A DNA stretch of 64,000 bases from Candidatus Nanoarchaeia archaeon (lineage in GTDB: Bacteria > Patescibacteriota > Microgenomatia > Woykebacterales > RBG-16-39-9b), in NCBI GenBank assembly GCA_036514715.1, contig DATBWR010000016.1:42368-106367 (forward strand), in the 5' to 3' direction. The stretch's first letter is position 1; each line of letters opens with the position of its first letter. A program made the translations under genes and the position numbers. This document shows positions 19,894 through 29,213 of the stretch, one piece after another. A model generated the notes under the pieces. That model was not told the DNA's origin, did not search any database, and saw only the letters and a list, made by a program, of their open reading frames with translations.

Positions 19894-20661
19894 ATGCGCC
19901 TTGTTGCAGGCAAAATCAACACCTTCAATTCTACTGTGGAAGGGTTTTCTACCCTTTTCTTTAACCGCGTTTCTTATCGTACTGCTGGTTTAGTTTTTTT
20001 AATTTCGACTTTTGCTTTTTTTGAATTCCTTTTTCCCCAGGTGACTTTTGGCGGTATCAACAATGTCTTTAATTTTAGCCTTTCCAATCCGGTTGACCCA
20101 GCCACAAAGTCGCTTTTTTCCGAAAAAATTACCACCGCTAGCGAAGTAGTTAACTACACAACTCGGACGATTATCGACCCTTCTTTAAAAGATGGGGAAA
20201 CCAAGGTCATCAAGGCAGGTAGCAGTGGTAAAAAAGTTTTCGAAAACCGCTTCATTTACCACAATGGCCAGGAGTTTTCTAAAACTACGGTTTTGATCGA
20301 AAGCGTTCCTCCTAGCGAAGAGGTTGTTGCCGTTGCTCCTAGCAAGCAAACTATTGACACGATTTACGGAACTTTAACTTATTATCAAAAACTTACTGTC
20401 TGGGCTACCTCTTACGATGCCAGTTGCGCTGGCTGCAATAAAACTACTGCCGTCGGTTTACCCACTGGTTACGGTGTGATTGCAGTTGACCCTAAAATAA
20501 TTCCCTTAGGATCAAGGGTTTATATTCCCGGTTACGGAGTGGCTACTGCCGGCGATACTGGTGGGAGCATTAAAGGTAATAAAATTGACCTTGGTTTTAA
20601 TGATGTTTCTCAAGGTTGGTGGTCTGCCCGCTACACTGATATTTACCTTTTAACTGATTAA
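19894..20661 (+). CDS. G5 + 3D domain cell-wall protein
   Basis: IAVDPKIIPLGS, AGDTGGSIKGNKID; G5-like middle region. Confidence 0.9.
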   Translation: MRLVAGKINTFNSTVEGFSTLFFNRVSYRTAGLVFLISTFAFFEFLFPQVTFGGINNVFNFSLSNPVDPATKSLFSEKITTASEVVNYTTRTIIDPSLKDGETKVIKAGSSGKKVFENRFIYHNGQEFSKTTVLIESVPPSEEVVAVAPSKQTIDTIYGTLTYYQKLTVWATSYDASCAGCNKTTAVGLPTGYGVIAVDPKIIPLGSRVYIPGYGVATAGDTGGSIKGNKIDLGFNDVSQGWWSARYTDIYLLTD

Positions 20662-20692
20662 ATTCCCCTTCAAAATAGTTTAATATGGGTTT

Positions 20693-21586
20693 ATGACCGA
20701 CATTCGCCAATCACCCTATTGGTCAGAATTTATGAAAGAGTTGGGATGGGGAGTCGAAAAAATTGGCAAAAAAGATCAAAAACAATTTGTTTTTCTTAAA
20801 AAGATCCCTCTTTTAGGAACGGTTTTAAAATCCCCCCGAATTGCCACTCCTATACCCTTTACCGAGATCGACGAACTAGCACAAGAAAGTAAGGCCGCCT
20901 TTGCCAAAATCGAGCCAAACCACACTAGTTCAGACAAAAGCCTATTTGCGGCTCTAGCCCAAAACTCCTTTTTACCAGAACGTTGGTCTTTGCATCCAAC
21001 GAAAACTATCATCATTGATCTAAGAAAAGGCGAAAACGAGCTTTTGGCAAATATGGAAAAAGATACTCGCTACAGCATCCGGGCGTCCCAACGACGGGGA
21101 GTTCGGGTGGTCAAAAGTAGTGACCTGGAAAGGTTTTTAAAGCTTTATCGGCAGACTGCCAAACGGCAGCGATTTTGGATTGCCGAAGCAGAGCTGAGGC
21201 TGTTGTGGGAGATTTTTTCTAACGAAGGCAAAGCTTTTATCTTAATTGCTCAGTGGAATAAAGCGGATATCGCTGGCTGTTTAATTTTGCATTACGACAA
21301 AAAAGCCTATTATTACCACGCTGCCTCGATCCGCCATTTGGGCGAGCTTTTTGCTCCGTATCTCTTAGTCTGGGAAGCAATGTTAAAATCCAAGGCCTTA
21401 AAGTTGAAGGAGCTGGATCTGGAAGGAATTTATGATCCGCGTATCCCCACAACCTCTAAGTGGCGCGGCTTTAGTCATTTTAAAAAGGGTTTTCGTGGGG
21501 AAGAAGTAGAGCTGGCCGGTAGTTTCGTAAAAACTTACAACCCCTTGGCAAAACTACTTTTCAAATTCGGCAACTTTTCTTTTTGA
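20693..21586 (+). CDS. FemABX-family peptidoglycan bridge aminoacyltransferase
   Basis: QS..W, RYSIRAS.RRGV, YLLVWEAM, FKKGF.G. Confidence 0.88.
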   Translation: MTDIRQSPYWSEFMKELGWGVEKIGKKDQKQFVFLKKIPLLGTVLKSPRIATPIPFTEIDELAQESKAAFAKIEPNHTSSDKSLFAALAQNSFLPERWSLHPTKTIIIDLRKGENELLANMEKDTRYSIRASQRRGVRVVKSSDLERFLKLYRQTAKRQRFWIAEAELRLLWEIFSNEGKAFILIAQWNKADIAGCLILHYDKKAYYYHAASIRHLGELFAPYLLVWEAMLKSKALKLKELDLEGIYDPRIPTTSKWRGFSHFKKGFRGEEVELAGSFVKTYNPLAKLLFKFGNFSF

Positions 21587-21610
21587 AGCTACTGTCCCAA
21601 TTGTCTTGAA

Positions 21611-21649
21611 CCTATAGTTGTTGACTTTTCCTAAATTTAGTGCTATAAT
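21611..21649 (+). promoter_or_regulatory. Sigma70 promoter with upstream CCTATAG
   Basis: CCTATAG-ttg-TTGACT-N17 (ending TGc)-TATAAT. Confidence 0.8.
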
Positions 21650-21677
21650 TTTCGCCAAAAGTAAGGAGGGAGAAACG

Positions 21678-22676
21678 GTGGTCGTGTCAAACTCAGAAGA
21701 GGGCCTTCTTGATCGAATCGTTAGGATCGCTTTTGAGGAAACGGCGCCGGAAATCCACGCTTTAGTGGTCCACCGTTTCCCCGATGACGATGCATGGCTC
21801 AGCACCTGGATAGCCAGGAAGTTCATTCCCAGGGCAGCCAACGCCCAACTCGTTTTCGTGAGGTCGGGGGAAAAACTGCCTGGAACCGAAGATGATCCGC
21901 ATGTGCTCCACTTCGATACCGGAGGGGGCGAATACGACCAGCACAACAGGAGCCTGGAAAAAACCTGCAGTGCTGTTCTTCTGGCCAACAGGTTAGGGGT
22001 TCAGAATGACCCAGGTCTAACCGAGCTACTCAAGATGGCGACCGATGTGGACAACGTCAGGAAGCTGCCTCCGACCAGCATTCACTACGCTATCGAAGGC
22101 TACGCCCGGCTCTTCCAAAAGGAAAACGAAGTTGCCTGGGAAAAGGTTCAGGAGCGGGTGTTTGAGCTCTTCAACATTGTCTACGGACAAGAAGCCCAAC
22201 GAGCTCGAGGAAAAAACGATCTAGAGAAATTCGGGCGGTGGACACAGCACCCTAACGGTGCCAAGGTTTGCTTTCTTCCCTATCACCCAAACACTCGCGA
22301 AGCTGCTTTCGCAGCGGGAGCAACTGTGGTGATTTGGACTGAAGCTTGCAAAGCGCCTTTCAGGGGTCGGGTCCAGATCGGTATTCAACGTAGCCGTGAC
22401 CACGAGTACCTCAAACTGAGGAGTGTGGCCTGGTCGCTGCGGAAAGCTGAGGCCTTGCAACGCACCCTTCAGCTGGGTGAGCAAGAGCTGGGGGCGGTGG
22501 GAGAAGATTCCAACACTCATTGGTTCCTACACGACAGCTTGGGCTTTGTTTGCAACGGCAGCCGCACTCACCCGCTGGAGAGAGAAGAAGAGTTTAGTTT
22601 GCTCAGTCTGAATCAGGTTCTAAATCTGGTAAACCGCGAGGTAGCTTCAATGTCGCTTGCTCCTGCAGGCAGATAA
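21678..22676 (+). CDS. Hypothetical protein, divergent DHH/MYG1-like metallohydrolase
   Basis: AAGGAGG before GTG 21678; VVHRFPDDDA and FDTGGGEYDQH resemble DHH/MYG1 motifs. Confidence 0.55.
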   Translation: MVVSNSEEGLLDRIVRIAFEETAPEIHALVVHRFPDDDAWLSTWIARKFIPRAANAQLVFVRSGEKLPGTEDDPHVLHFDTGGGEYDQHNRSLEKTCSAVLLANRLGVQNDPGLTELLKMATDVDNVRKLPPTSIHYAIEGYARLFQKENEVAWEKVQERVFELFNIVYGQEAQRARGKNDLEKFGRWTQHPNGAKVCFLPYHPNTREAAFAAGATVVIWTEACKAPFRGRVQIGIQRSRDHEYLKLRSVAWSLRKAEALQRTLQLGEQELGAVGEDSNTHWFLHDSLGFVCNGSRTHPLEREEEFSLLSLNQVLNLVNREVASMSLAPAGR

Positions 22677-22697
22677 GGAGGCTTCGGTCAGAGGAGT

Positions 22698-22733
22698 GAA
22701 AATCCACAAGATTTTCGCCCCTTCTTTATTTTC
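22698..22733 (+). terminator. Probable intrinsic terminator
   Basis: GAGGAGTGAAAATC/GATTTTCGCCCCTT stem followed by a T-rich tail. Confidence 0.5.
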
Positions 22734-22903
22734 AAATTCTTCCCTCTCTTAAATTAAAAGCAAAAAATCCATCTCTTTTTGAGATGGAAAGTGTTGGGAA
22801 GGTTTTTTGCAACCAGACTCGTTTTCGAGTACTTCCCCTGATTCTTATTCTATTTTTGGAGTTCCTTGCGTCAGTAATGTTCGCCGATCACCCTCTGTCC
22901 TTT

Positions 22904-23791
22904 CTAGCTGTAGCGACCGGGCCCGCGGTTGCTCTTCCTGCTATTGCGCGGTGCCCCTCGCTTCTCGATCCTCTTTTTGCTTCGCGGAGTTGGTTCCGAC
23001 GGAACGTACTCGACTACCTGATGGTCTGCGAGAAGCCGCACCATTTCCTCAGCCGCACCATCAAGCGGGTCTGACGCTGCAGATTGGTGACCGTCGCAGG
23101 TAACCTGACCGTTAGCAACGGACAAGCCACCACGGTGAGGTGTGCCCCGAACAGGACAGCAGTAGTGTCCTTGGCAAACCACACCGCCTTCCACCACCCT
23201 TAGGTTCCCCCAGTGCTTCTCTGGTGAGTTCACTACGAGGCAGGATGGAGCGGGTGTGTTTGCGGGGTTATGACCCTCGCAGTGCCACCTACCGTTCACC
23301 TTCACGAGCTTCGCACCAGAGTGAGGCGTGCCGTTCTGAACCACACAGCGAACGCTTGTGGTCACCCGAGCCTTGACTCCGGAAACGATGCCGCTCTGTG
23401 GATCCGAGGCTTTTTTGGTTGCCTTGAACCCTTTTCGGCAGCGGTCGCAATACGGATTTTCACCTTCGGCGACTGGCTTCGTCACGCGCTCACACGTAGC
23501 GAAGTTGGTACAGTCGACATAACCCCTACTTCTGAGCTTCTGCACATAGCAGGAACCGCAGTAAGGGTCTAACCCTGTCCGTAGTTTCGTCAAGCGTTTG
23601 CACTTGGCGTAGTTGACACACTCAACGTACCCCTGCTTCCTCAGCTCCTCTTCGAAGCATGGTTGGCAAAGGGGACCGTTGGGATCGGCGGGGTTCTTGC
23701 CGCACTTGGAGCACATCTTTTCGCTTGGAGTCTCGGCTGAGACAGCCTCGCTCACCTTGGTTGTTTTTGCGCTTGACTTATGTGCTGCCAC
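22904..23791 (-). CDS. Cys/His-rich multi-zinc-finger protein
   Basis: AAGGAGG before GTG; three C4 repeats, then three C..H..C-x-G-H repeats; basic tail. Confidence 0.75.
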   Translation of the reverse strand: MAAHKSSAKTTKVSEAVSAETPSEKMCSKCGKNPADPNGPLCQPCFEEELRKQGYVECVNYAKCKRLTKLRTGLDPYCGSCYVQKLRSRGYVDCTNFATCERVTKPVAEGENPYCDRCRKGFKATKKASDPQSGIVSGVKARVTTSVRCVVQNGTPHSGAKLVKVNGRWHCEGHNPANTPAPSCLVVNSPEKHWGNLRVVEGGVVCQGHYCCPVRGTPHRGGLSVANGQVTCDGHQSAASDPLDGAAEEMVRLLADHQVVEYVPSEPTPRSKKRIEKRGAPRNSRKSNRGPGRYS

Positions 23792-24140
23792 TTTGAAAAT
23801 CCCTCCTTAAAAATGGGGCTAACTAACGTGTGGAGCGCTATTTGGTTGTTAAGGACCTCCTTTAGGCGACTATTATACTCCTTTCAAGCTAAATCTAATC
23901 CTCACGAAGCTGGCTTAGCAAGGGGAAAGAATTCACCTCCTTTTTTGACCTCTCACCAAGCCAAGTTCGTATTGATTAAGTTTTTAAAGATAGAGACGGG
24001 CGGTGAGGGGTTTTCCGTTCAGCATATAGCTTACTTGTACTTTCCTCACCACCCAGAGAGTTTCTCGAAGACTAACCTCGCGGCGGGGTCTTCGGCTAGG
24101 TCGACGTAGCTCTGGAGGCTAGCGCCGGCTGTAGGATGGG

Positions 24141-24236
24141 TTAGCGGGTCCGCTTGTACTCGATGGCCTTCTCCAGTTCGAAGAAGATGATGCCGTCGAT
24201 GACCCAGTATGGCCGATCCGAAACCTTGCGCTGCAC
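24141..24236 (-). CDS. Micro-ORF A, 31 aa: MQRKVSDRPYWVIDGIIFFELEKAIEYKRTR
   Basis: Dedicated promoter; GAAAGGA RBS before GTG; strongly C/G-ending codons; below the ORF-track size cutoff. Confidence 0.7.
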   Translation of the reverse strand: MQRKVSDRPYWVIDGIIFFELEKAIEYKRTR

Positions 24237-24279
24237 TTTATTTTCCTTTCGCTACTGTACAACCAGTTTTGTAGCTAAT

Positions 24280-24318
24280 ACTATAACATATTTTTGTCCT
24301 TTTGTCAAGTTCTATAGG
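24280..24318 (-). promoter_or_regulatory. Sigma70 promoter of micro-ORF A
   Basis: CCTATAG-aac-TTGACA-N17 (ending TGt)-TATAGT. Confidence 0.8.
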
Positions 24319-24373
24319 ACGTTCTTGAGAGCTAGATCAAGAACGTCCTGCGCTTTGCTACGCAAAGCTAGGG
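24312..24373. repeat. Double-hairpin element, copy A
   Basis: CTATAGGACGTTCTTGA...TCAAGAACGTCCTGCGCTTTGC-tac-GCAAAGCTAGG; same junction sequence at 44010-44141. Confidence 0.65.
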
Positions 24374-24446
24374 TCTATAACTAAATCAATATTTTGTAAC
24401 CCATAGTTAGAGTCTGTTTCCTTCTGTGGATTAGGGCGTAAGTGGA

Positions 24447-27389
24447 CTATTTATTAGCTAGAGAGAAGGGGCAAATGGAGTTGTATGCACAGTAATTACA
24501 GGCCGGTACTCGGCCAAAATACTTGGGGTTAGCGGGGAAATTATTGTTTTGTAAATTCTGCTTTATGTTTTGGGAAACTTCAATTATTTCGTTTTCTGTT
24601 TTTTCTAGAGCTTCTTTTTCCGGCTCATAACCGCCTGCTAAACCAGAGTCCAAGTCGTAAATGCCAACAAACTCTGGAATAACTTGATAATTTTTATAAT
24701 AGCCTAAAGTATAGACTTTAAGTTGGATGCTTTTCTTTGCATCTTTTTCCAAATTTTTGTGGGTGCGGCCTTCGGTTGATTTAAAATCAATAATTCTTAC
24801 CTTTTCCCCGTCAACATCAACCCGATCAAAACGGCCGCTGACTAAGACTTTCGTCTTTCTACCGTTTAAATTGAAGCGAAAAGGTTTTTCAATAAAAGTC
24901 GGGATTTCTCTCGACTTTTTCTCCCGGTTCCAAAAATTTCTAATGACTTCTTTAGCTTGGATAAGTCGCTTTTCCTCGTGCTCAGCAGTCAAAAACCCCT
25001 CGGAAATCCAAGCATTTTCCAAAACTTCCAGCGTCGACTCTAGGTTAAGTGTCTTACCGACCATTTTCTGGCGGTAGAACTCTGCGACAGCAGCATGGAG
25101 CGCGTAGCCGTAAATTACGGTGTGGTGACGTAAAATCGGTACCCGTAGCACATGGGCGTAACGGTATTTGTAAGCGCAAGTTTCGTAATCATCAATTGAA
25201 GCTTGGGTTAAGCGAATAATTTCCGACTCTCTTTTAGCGCTAAAAGGTGTCGGTGGTCTACCGGCAAACTGTTCAATTTTTCCCCGAACGGTCTGTTGTT
25301 GGAGACTCTCCTCCATCTTAGGCCGATCTAAGGCTTCTAAAACAAACGGAGAAATTTTTTTAAAGCGCTTGCCTCCAACGTCTTTGGACCAAGTGTAGTA
25401 AAGCCGGCTCTTGGCGCGGGTTGTGCCTACATAAAAAAGCCTACGTTCTTCTTGAACATGGTAGTCACCTAACGGTAAAACTTCCTTGATAAGTACTTCT
25501 GGAAGAGAAATCGGCTCACCCCGCTCTCGGGAAGGAAAATGATCAGCATCTAGTCCGACCATAAAAACAACTTTAAACTCTAAGCCCTTGGCTGCGTGCA
25601 CAGTCATTACGTTTACTGCATTTTGTTCCGGGTCAGCCTCTGCGGTGGCTGGATCGTCTCCGGCCAAACGCATAATTTCAAGGTAGTCAATAAAAGCGCG
25701 AACTGACTCATTTTGGGAAAGGTCAATAAACTCTTTAATTTTGTCGAAAAACTTGGCAATATTCTGGATTTTTACCTCTGCCTCCACACCTTGTTTTTCC
25801 AGTTTCTCTAGGTACTTAGTTCGTTGAATAAACTCGTACAAAACTTTACCCACGTTTTCACGGCGTGATAAATCAAGGAATTTTTCGACATCGGTGTTTA
25901 TTTGCTTGACTGTCTCTCGGCCCGCCTCTGAAACCTGTATTTCTTCAAGTTTTTCGAGATTTTTAAAAACATAGTGCAAGGTTCTTGAGCGTCGTTTGGC
26001 TAAATCCATAGCAACTATACAGTCCTCTGGTGGTAAATTGTAAACAACGCTCGCAGCCAAGTTGTAGAGGTTGAGGCTGTCATCAAAATTGGAAATTGCA
26101 GTCAGAAACGAGATTAAAACTTTAACTTCCGGCTGGTTGTAAAGACCTGAGAAACCGACAAATTTATGAGGAATACCCTTTAAGTTTAGCGCTCGCAAAA
26201 ATGGGTCAGCTTGAGAATTAGCCCTGATCAAAATCGCAGTTTCTTTAAAATCTAACTTGCTTTTTGTAAGTTTTTCAATTTCACTAGCGACAAAATCAGT
26301 TTCCTCAGATAAGGTTGGGCAGGTCACTAGCGTTGGTCCCTCTCCAAGCACGCTGCGGCCGGCAGTAAGTTTTTTATTAATTTTATTCTTTACTTCCAAA
26401 CGGTCCGGATCGTTAAAACGTATTAGACGGTAGCCAGCATCCAGTAAATTCTGAGTAGAGCGGTAATTGGTGGCTAAAACAATTTGTTTAGACTTCTTAA
26501 AAGCCTTTTTGAACTCTAAAATATTGGAGATTGCCGCTCCCCTGAACTTGTAGATACTTTGGTCATCATCCCCAACCACACAAATATTTTGGTGGGACTT
26601 GGCTAGCAGCTTGACCAGTTCGTTTTGGGCGTAGTTGGTATCTTGGTATTCATCCACTAAAATATACTTAAACTTCTGTTGGTACTCTTTGAGAATTTTA
26701 GGTCGCCTCCGAAAAAGGTTTAGAGTCATCAAAACTTGATCACCGTAATCAATTTTTCCGGCAGCTGTTTTCAACCGCTCGTATTGCTCATAAACTTTAC
26801 CTAACTCCTCCTGCCTCTTAATTTCTTCCAAAAACTCCCTCTTTTCCTCTGCACTTTTGGCTTTTAACTTTTGACTTTTTAATTCTCTAATATATTTTTG
26901 ATACTGTTCGGGTGAGACGTCTTCATCCTTACAACGACTAATAAAGGCCAAAATAGCCTCGATAAATTTAGTCGGGTTGGCGAGCGGTCGGTAATAGTTA
27001 AGATCAAAGGCAAATAAGTTTTGTTGGAAAAATAAATTTGCTTGGGGACGGGTCAAAACTTGGAAATCTGGCGGTAAACCCAGATCCAAGGCTTTTTCCC
27101 TTAAGATCCTGTCGCCGAAAGCGTGGAAAGTGGAGATCCAAGTGTCGATATAACCATAAGGTACCAGAACGTCAACTCTTTCCTCCATTTCGGCCGCGGC
27201 TTTTTCCGTAAAAGTAAGCCCCAGAATTTCCGAAGGTTTAGCTAATTTTTTTTCAATGATGTAGGCGATGCGTCGGGTGATAACGCTAGTTTTTCCAGTC
27301 CCAGCTCCAGCGATAATCAACAACGGGCCTTTGGTAGTGGTTACAGCCTCTTTTTGTTGCTGGTTCAAGCCTTTAAGAATATCTGCCAT
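24447..27389 (-). CDS. UvrD-family helicase fused to a PD-(D/E)XK nuclease with Fe-S-type cysteines (AdnAB/AddA-like)
   Basis: AGAGTGKT, DEYQDTN, TVHAAKGLEF; C-terminal CAYKY, GRFDRVD, IIDFKS, QL.VY, CNYC..NSIC. Confidence 0.9.
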   Translation of the reverse strand: MADILKGLNQQQKEAVTTTKGPLLIIAGAGTGKTSVITRRIAYIIEKKLAKPSEILGLTFTEKAAAEMEERVDVLVPYGYIDTWISTFHAFGDRILREKALDLGLPPDFQVLTRPQANLFFQQNLFAFDLNYYRPLANPTKFIEAILAFISRCKDEDVSPEQYQKYIRELKSQKLKAKSAEEKREFLEEIKRQEELGKVYEQYERLKTAAGKIDYGDQVLMTLNLFRRRPKILKEYQQKFKYILVDEYQDTNYAQNELVKLLAKSHQNICVVGDDDQSIYKFRGAAISNILEFKKAFKKSKQIVLATNYRSTQNLLDAGYRLIRFNDPDRLEVKNKINKKLTAGRSVLGEGPTLVTCPTLSEETDFVASEIEKLTKSKLDFKETAILIRANSQADPFLRALNLKGIPHKFVGFSGLYNQPEVKVLISFLTAISNFDDSLNLYNLAASVVYNLPPEDCIVAMDLAKRRSRTLHYVFKNLEKLEEIQVSEAGRETVKQINTDVEKFLDLSRRENVGKVLYEFIQRTKYLEKLEKQGVEAEVKIQNIAKFFDKIKEFIDLSQNESVRAFIDYLEIMRLAGDDPATAEADPEQNAVNVMTVHAAKGLEFKVVFMVGLDADHFPSRERGEPISLPEVLIKEVLPLGDYHVQEERRLFYVGTTRAKSRLYYTWSKDVGGKRFKKISPFVLEALDRPKMEESLQQQTVRGKIEQFAGRPPTPFSAKRESEIIRLTQASIDDYETCAYKYRYAHVLRVPILRHHTVIYGYALHAAVAEFYRQKMVGKTLNLESTLEVLENAWISEGFLTAEHEEKRLIQAKEVIRNFWNREKKSREIPTFIEKPFRFNLNGRKTKVLVSGRFDRVDVDGEKVRIIDFKSTEGRTHKNLEKDAKKSIQLKVYTLGYYKNYQVIPEFVGIYDLDSGLAGGYEPEKEALEKTENEIIEVSQNIKQNLQNNNFPANPKYFGRVPACNYCAYNSICPFSLANK

Positions 27390-27466
27390 GGGAAACTATT
27401 GTACAGATAATTGAGGGAAAAGAAAAACGACCCGAAAAATTTCGAGTCGTTTGTAGCCACAAGACT

Positions 27467-27691
27467 TCAAGCTCCGTAGCGGATTTCGGAAAGTAGTACT
27501 CTCCAGTCTACCCATGTTGGCGCGAATGGGATCAGTAGCGTAACCACGAGAAGGCTCACCTCGTCTCTGTGCTGGACCACGAGCCCATTACCCATCCGCC
27601 ATTCAGCCAACCGGTTTATTAACTGAAAAGCAACCGCAACGACGACGTAATAGACCGCCAGTATTGTCAGGACGATCTCCCACAATTCCAT
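27467..27691 (-). CDS. Small hypothetical membrane protein
   Basis: 74 aa with two hydrophobic segments; AGGAG RBS; downstream hairpin at approx. 27423-27452. Confidence 0.6.
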   Translation of the reverse strand: MELWEIVLTILAVYYVVVAVAFQLINRLAEWRMGNGLVVQHRDEVSLLVVTLLIPFAPTWVDWRVLLSEIRYGA

Positions 27692-27701
27692 TTATCTACT
27701 C

Positions 27702-28748
27702 CTACCTTTCTTCGGTGATTTCTTCGGCTTCTTCCAGAGACGGGACTTCTGGTTCTTCAAGAGTTTTGCTTGAAGGACCTTTTAGACCTTGTGCTAGGTC
27801 TATTTTGGAATGTAAACTAGTATAACGTACGTTGGCAACATCAGTAGTGTTTTTAGCTTCGTTTATGTGTTTTGTTAACACTTTGAGAGTGTCGCCAAAC
27901 TTCTCCGATTCACCGCGAATTGCTCGCAGAGTTGTCAAAATAGTCCGCGCGGTTTCTTCAATCTTTTTACCCTCAAAACTCATTAAAATGGCCCGCATAT
28001 AGGCGTAAAAAGTCGCTGGAGAAACTGGTAAAACTCGCATTTTGTAAGCGTGGTCGGAAACTTCTTGGTTGCCGATAATCTCGTAATAAACACTTTCTGA
28101 AGGTATATACATCAGCGCGTAATCAATCGTTCCTTCATCAGGGAGAATATATTTTTTGGCAATATCATCAATATGTTTTTTAACATCGCGGGTAAACTCC
28201 TTTTCAAAGGCTTTTTTCTCACTTTCAGTTTCGGCCTTTGCCATATTCTGGAAGTTGCCTAAAGGAAATTTTGAATCAATGGGGATTATGCCTGTCTCAG
28301 TTTTGATAGCAGCGTCAACGATTTCGCCGCTACGGAAACGGTACTGGAGATTAAAACTTTCTTTCGGTAGAAACTGTCCCAGTAATTCTTTCAAAACCTG
28401 TTCGCCAATGTTGCCCCGCAATTTGGGACTACGCAAAAAATCCTGCAATTCTTTCATCGAACGGCCAATTTCACTCATCTGACCGACTTCCTTACCAACT
28501 GAACCAATCACCCGGGCAGCGTTATCAAGCCGTTCGTTAATCGCTTTATTAGTTGCCTCCAATCGCTCTTGCATGGTTTGCGTGTTTTTATCTACACTCA
28601 AGCGCATTTCAGATAACCATTTCATTAGTATTTCCTGCGATTTATCTTTTTCTTTATCAGCTTGTAGAGATTGAATTTGCCGGTAAAGAAAGTAGAAACT
28701 TCCCGCTACGATTAGGATTAAGATTGTCAGTAAGGTTTGCTGGTCCAT
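27702..28748 (-). CDS. rmuC: DNA recombination protein RmuC
   Basis: N-terminal TM and coiled coil; PKLRGNIGE, IPIDSKFP, KYILP, ALMYIPSE. Confidence 0.92.
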   Translation of the reverse strand: MDQQTLLTILILIVAGSFYFLYRQIQSLQADKEKDKSQEILMKWLSEMRLSVDKNTQTMQERLEATNKAINERLDNAARVIGSVGKEVGQMSEIGRSMKELQDFLRSPKLRGNIGEQVLKELLGQFLPKESFNLQYRFRSGEIVDAAIKTETGIIPIDSKFPLGNFQNMAKAETESEKKAFEKEFTRDVKKHIDDIAKKYILPDEGTIDYALMYIPSESVYYEIIGNQEVSDHAYKMRVLPVSPATFYAYMRAILMSFEGKKIEETARTILTTLRAIRGESEKFGDTLKVLTKHINEAKNTTDVANVRYTSLHSKIDLAQGLKGPSSKTLEEPEVPSLEEAEEITEER

Positions 28749-28814
28749 ATAAGTTAGGCCATCTTAACAAAACACAGTTGGCCTTGCAAACACAAAAAGG
28801 CTAAAATTTAAGAA

Positions 28815-29213
28815 ATGTTTTTGTTTATCTTGCCAATAATTCTAGTAACACTCTTTAGTCTTGGGGTAATTGTTTTCATGTTAAATTTCACCTCTCCGCA
28901 AACTAAAGAGGGCTCGGTGATAATTATTAATTTGGTTTACTTTTTTGTTTCGGGGTTTGTTAGCCTTGCTGGGGCTATCACCTTGGTGCTATACTGGCTC
29001 GGAAATTGGCAGTTGAAACGCTCGAGATCGGAAGTTGAATCTGTCCACAAACCGAGAATTCTTTTGAAAAAGAGCCTGCGCCACGGTGTTTTAGTGGCTG
29101 GCACGCTAACTGGGATTGGTTTGTTAAACGCCTTAGAATTAACTAACCCGCTCAACATTATTTTGTTAATTTCAGCTGCAATTTTGATAGAAGTGTACTT
29201 CTTTGGACACTAA
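28815..29213 (+). CDS. Hypothetical membrane protein (4 TM)
   Basis: Hydrophobic 132-aa ORF overlapping the metG start. Confidence 0.75.
   Translation: MFLFILPIILVTLFSLGVIVFMLNFTSPQTKEGSVIIINLVYFFVSGFVSLAGAITLVLYWLGNWQLKRSRSEVESVHKPRILLKKSLRHGVLVAGTLTGIGLLNALELTNPLNIILLISAAILIEVYFFGH

Noticed and set aside
24035-24054. GAGGAAAGT on the minus strand (RNase P-like)
   Set aside because: It lies within a simple hairpin and no other RNase P conserved regions are present.
24141-24236. Type I toxin-antitoxin interpretation of the micro-ORFs
   Set aside because: Neither peptide has a TM-length hydrophobic helix, and no convergent antisense promoter was evident; not fully excluded.
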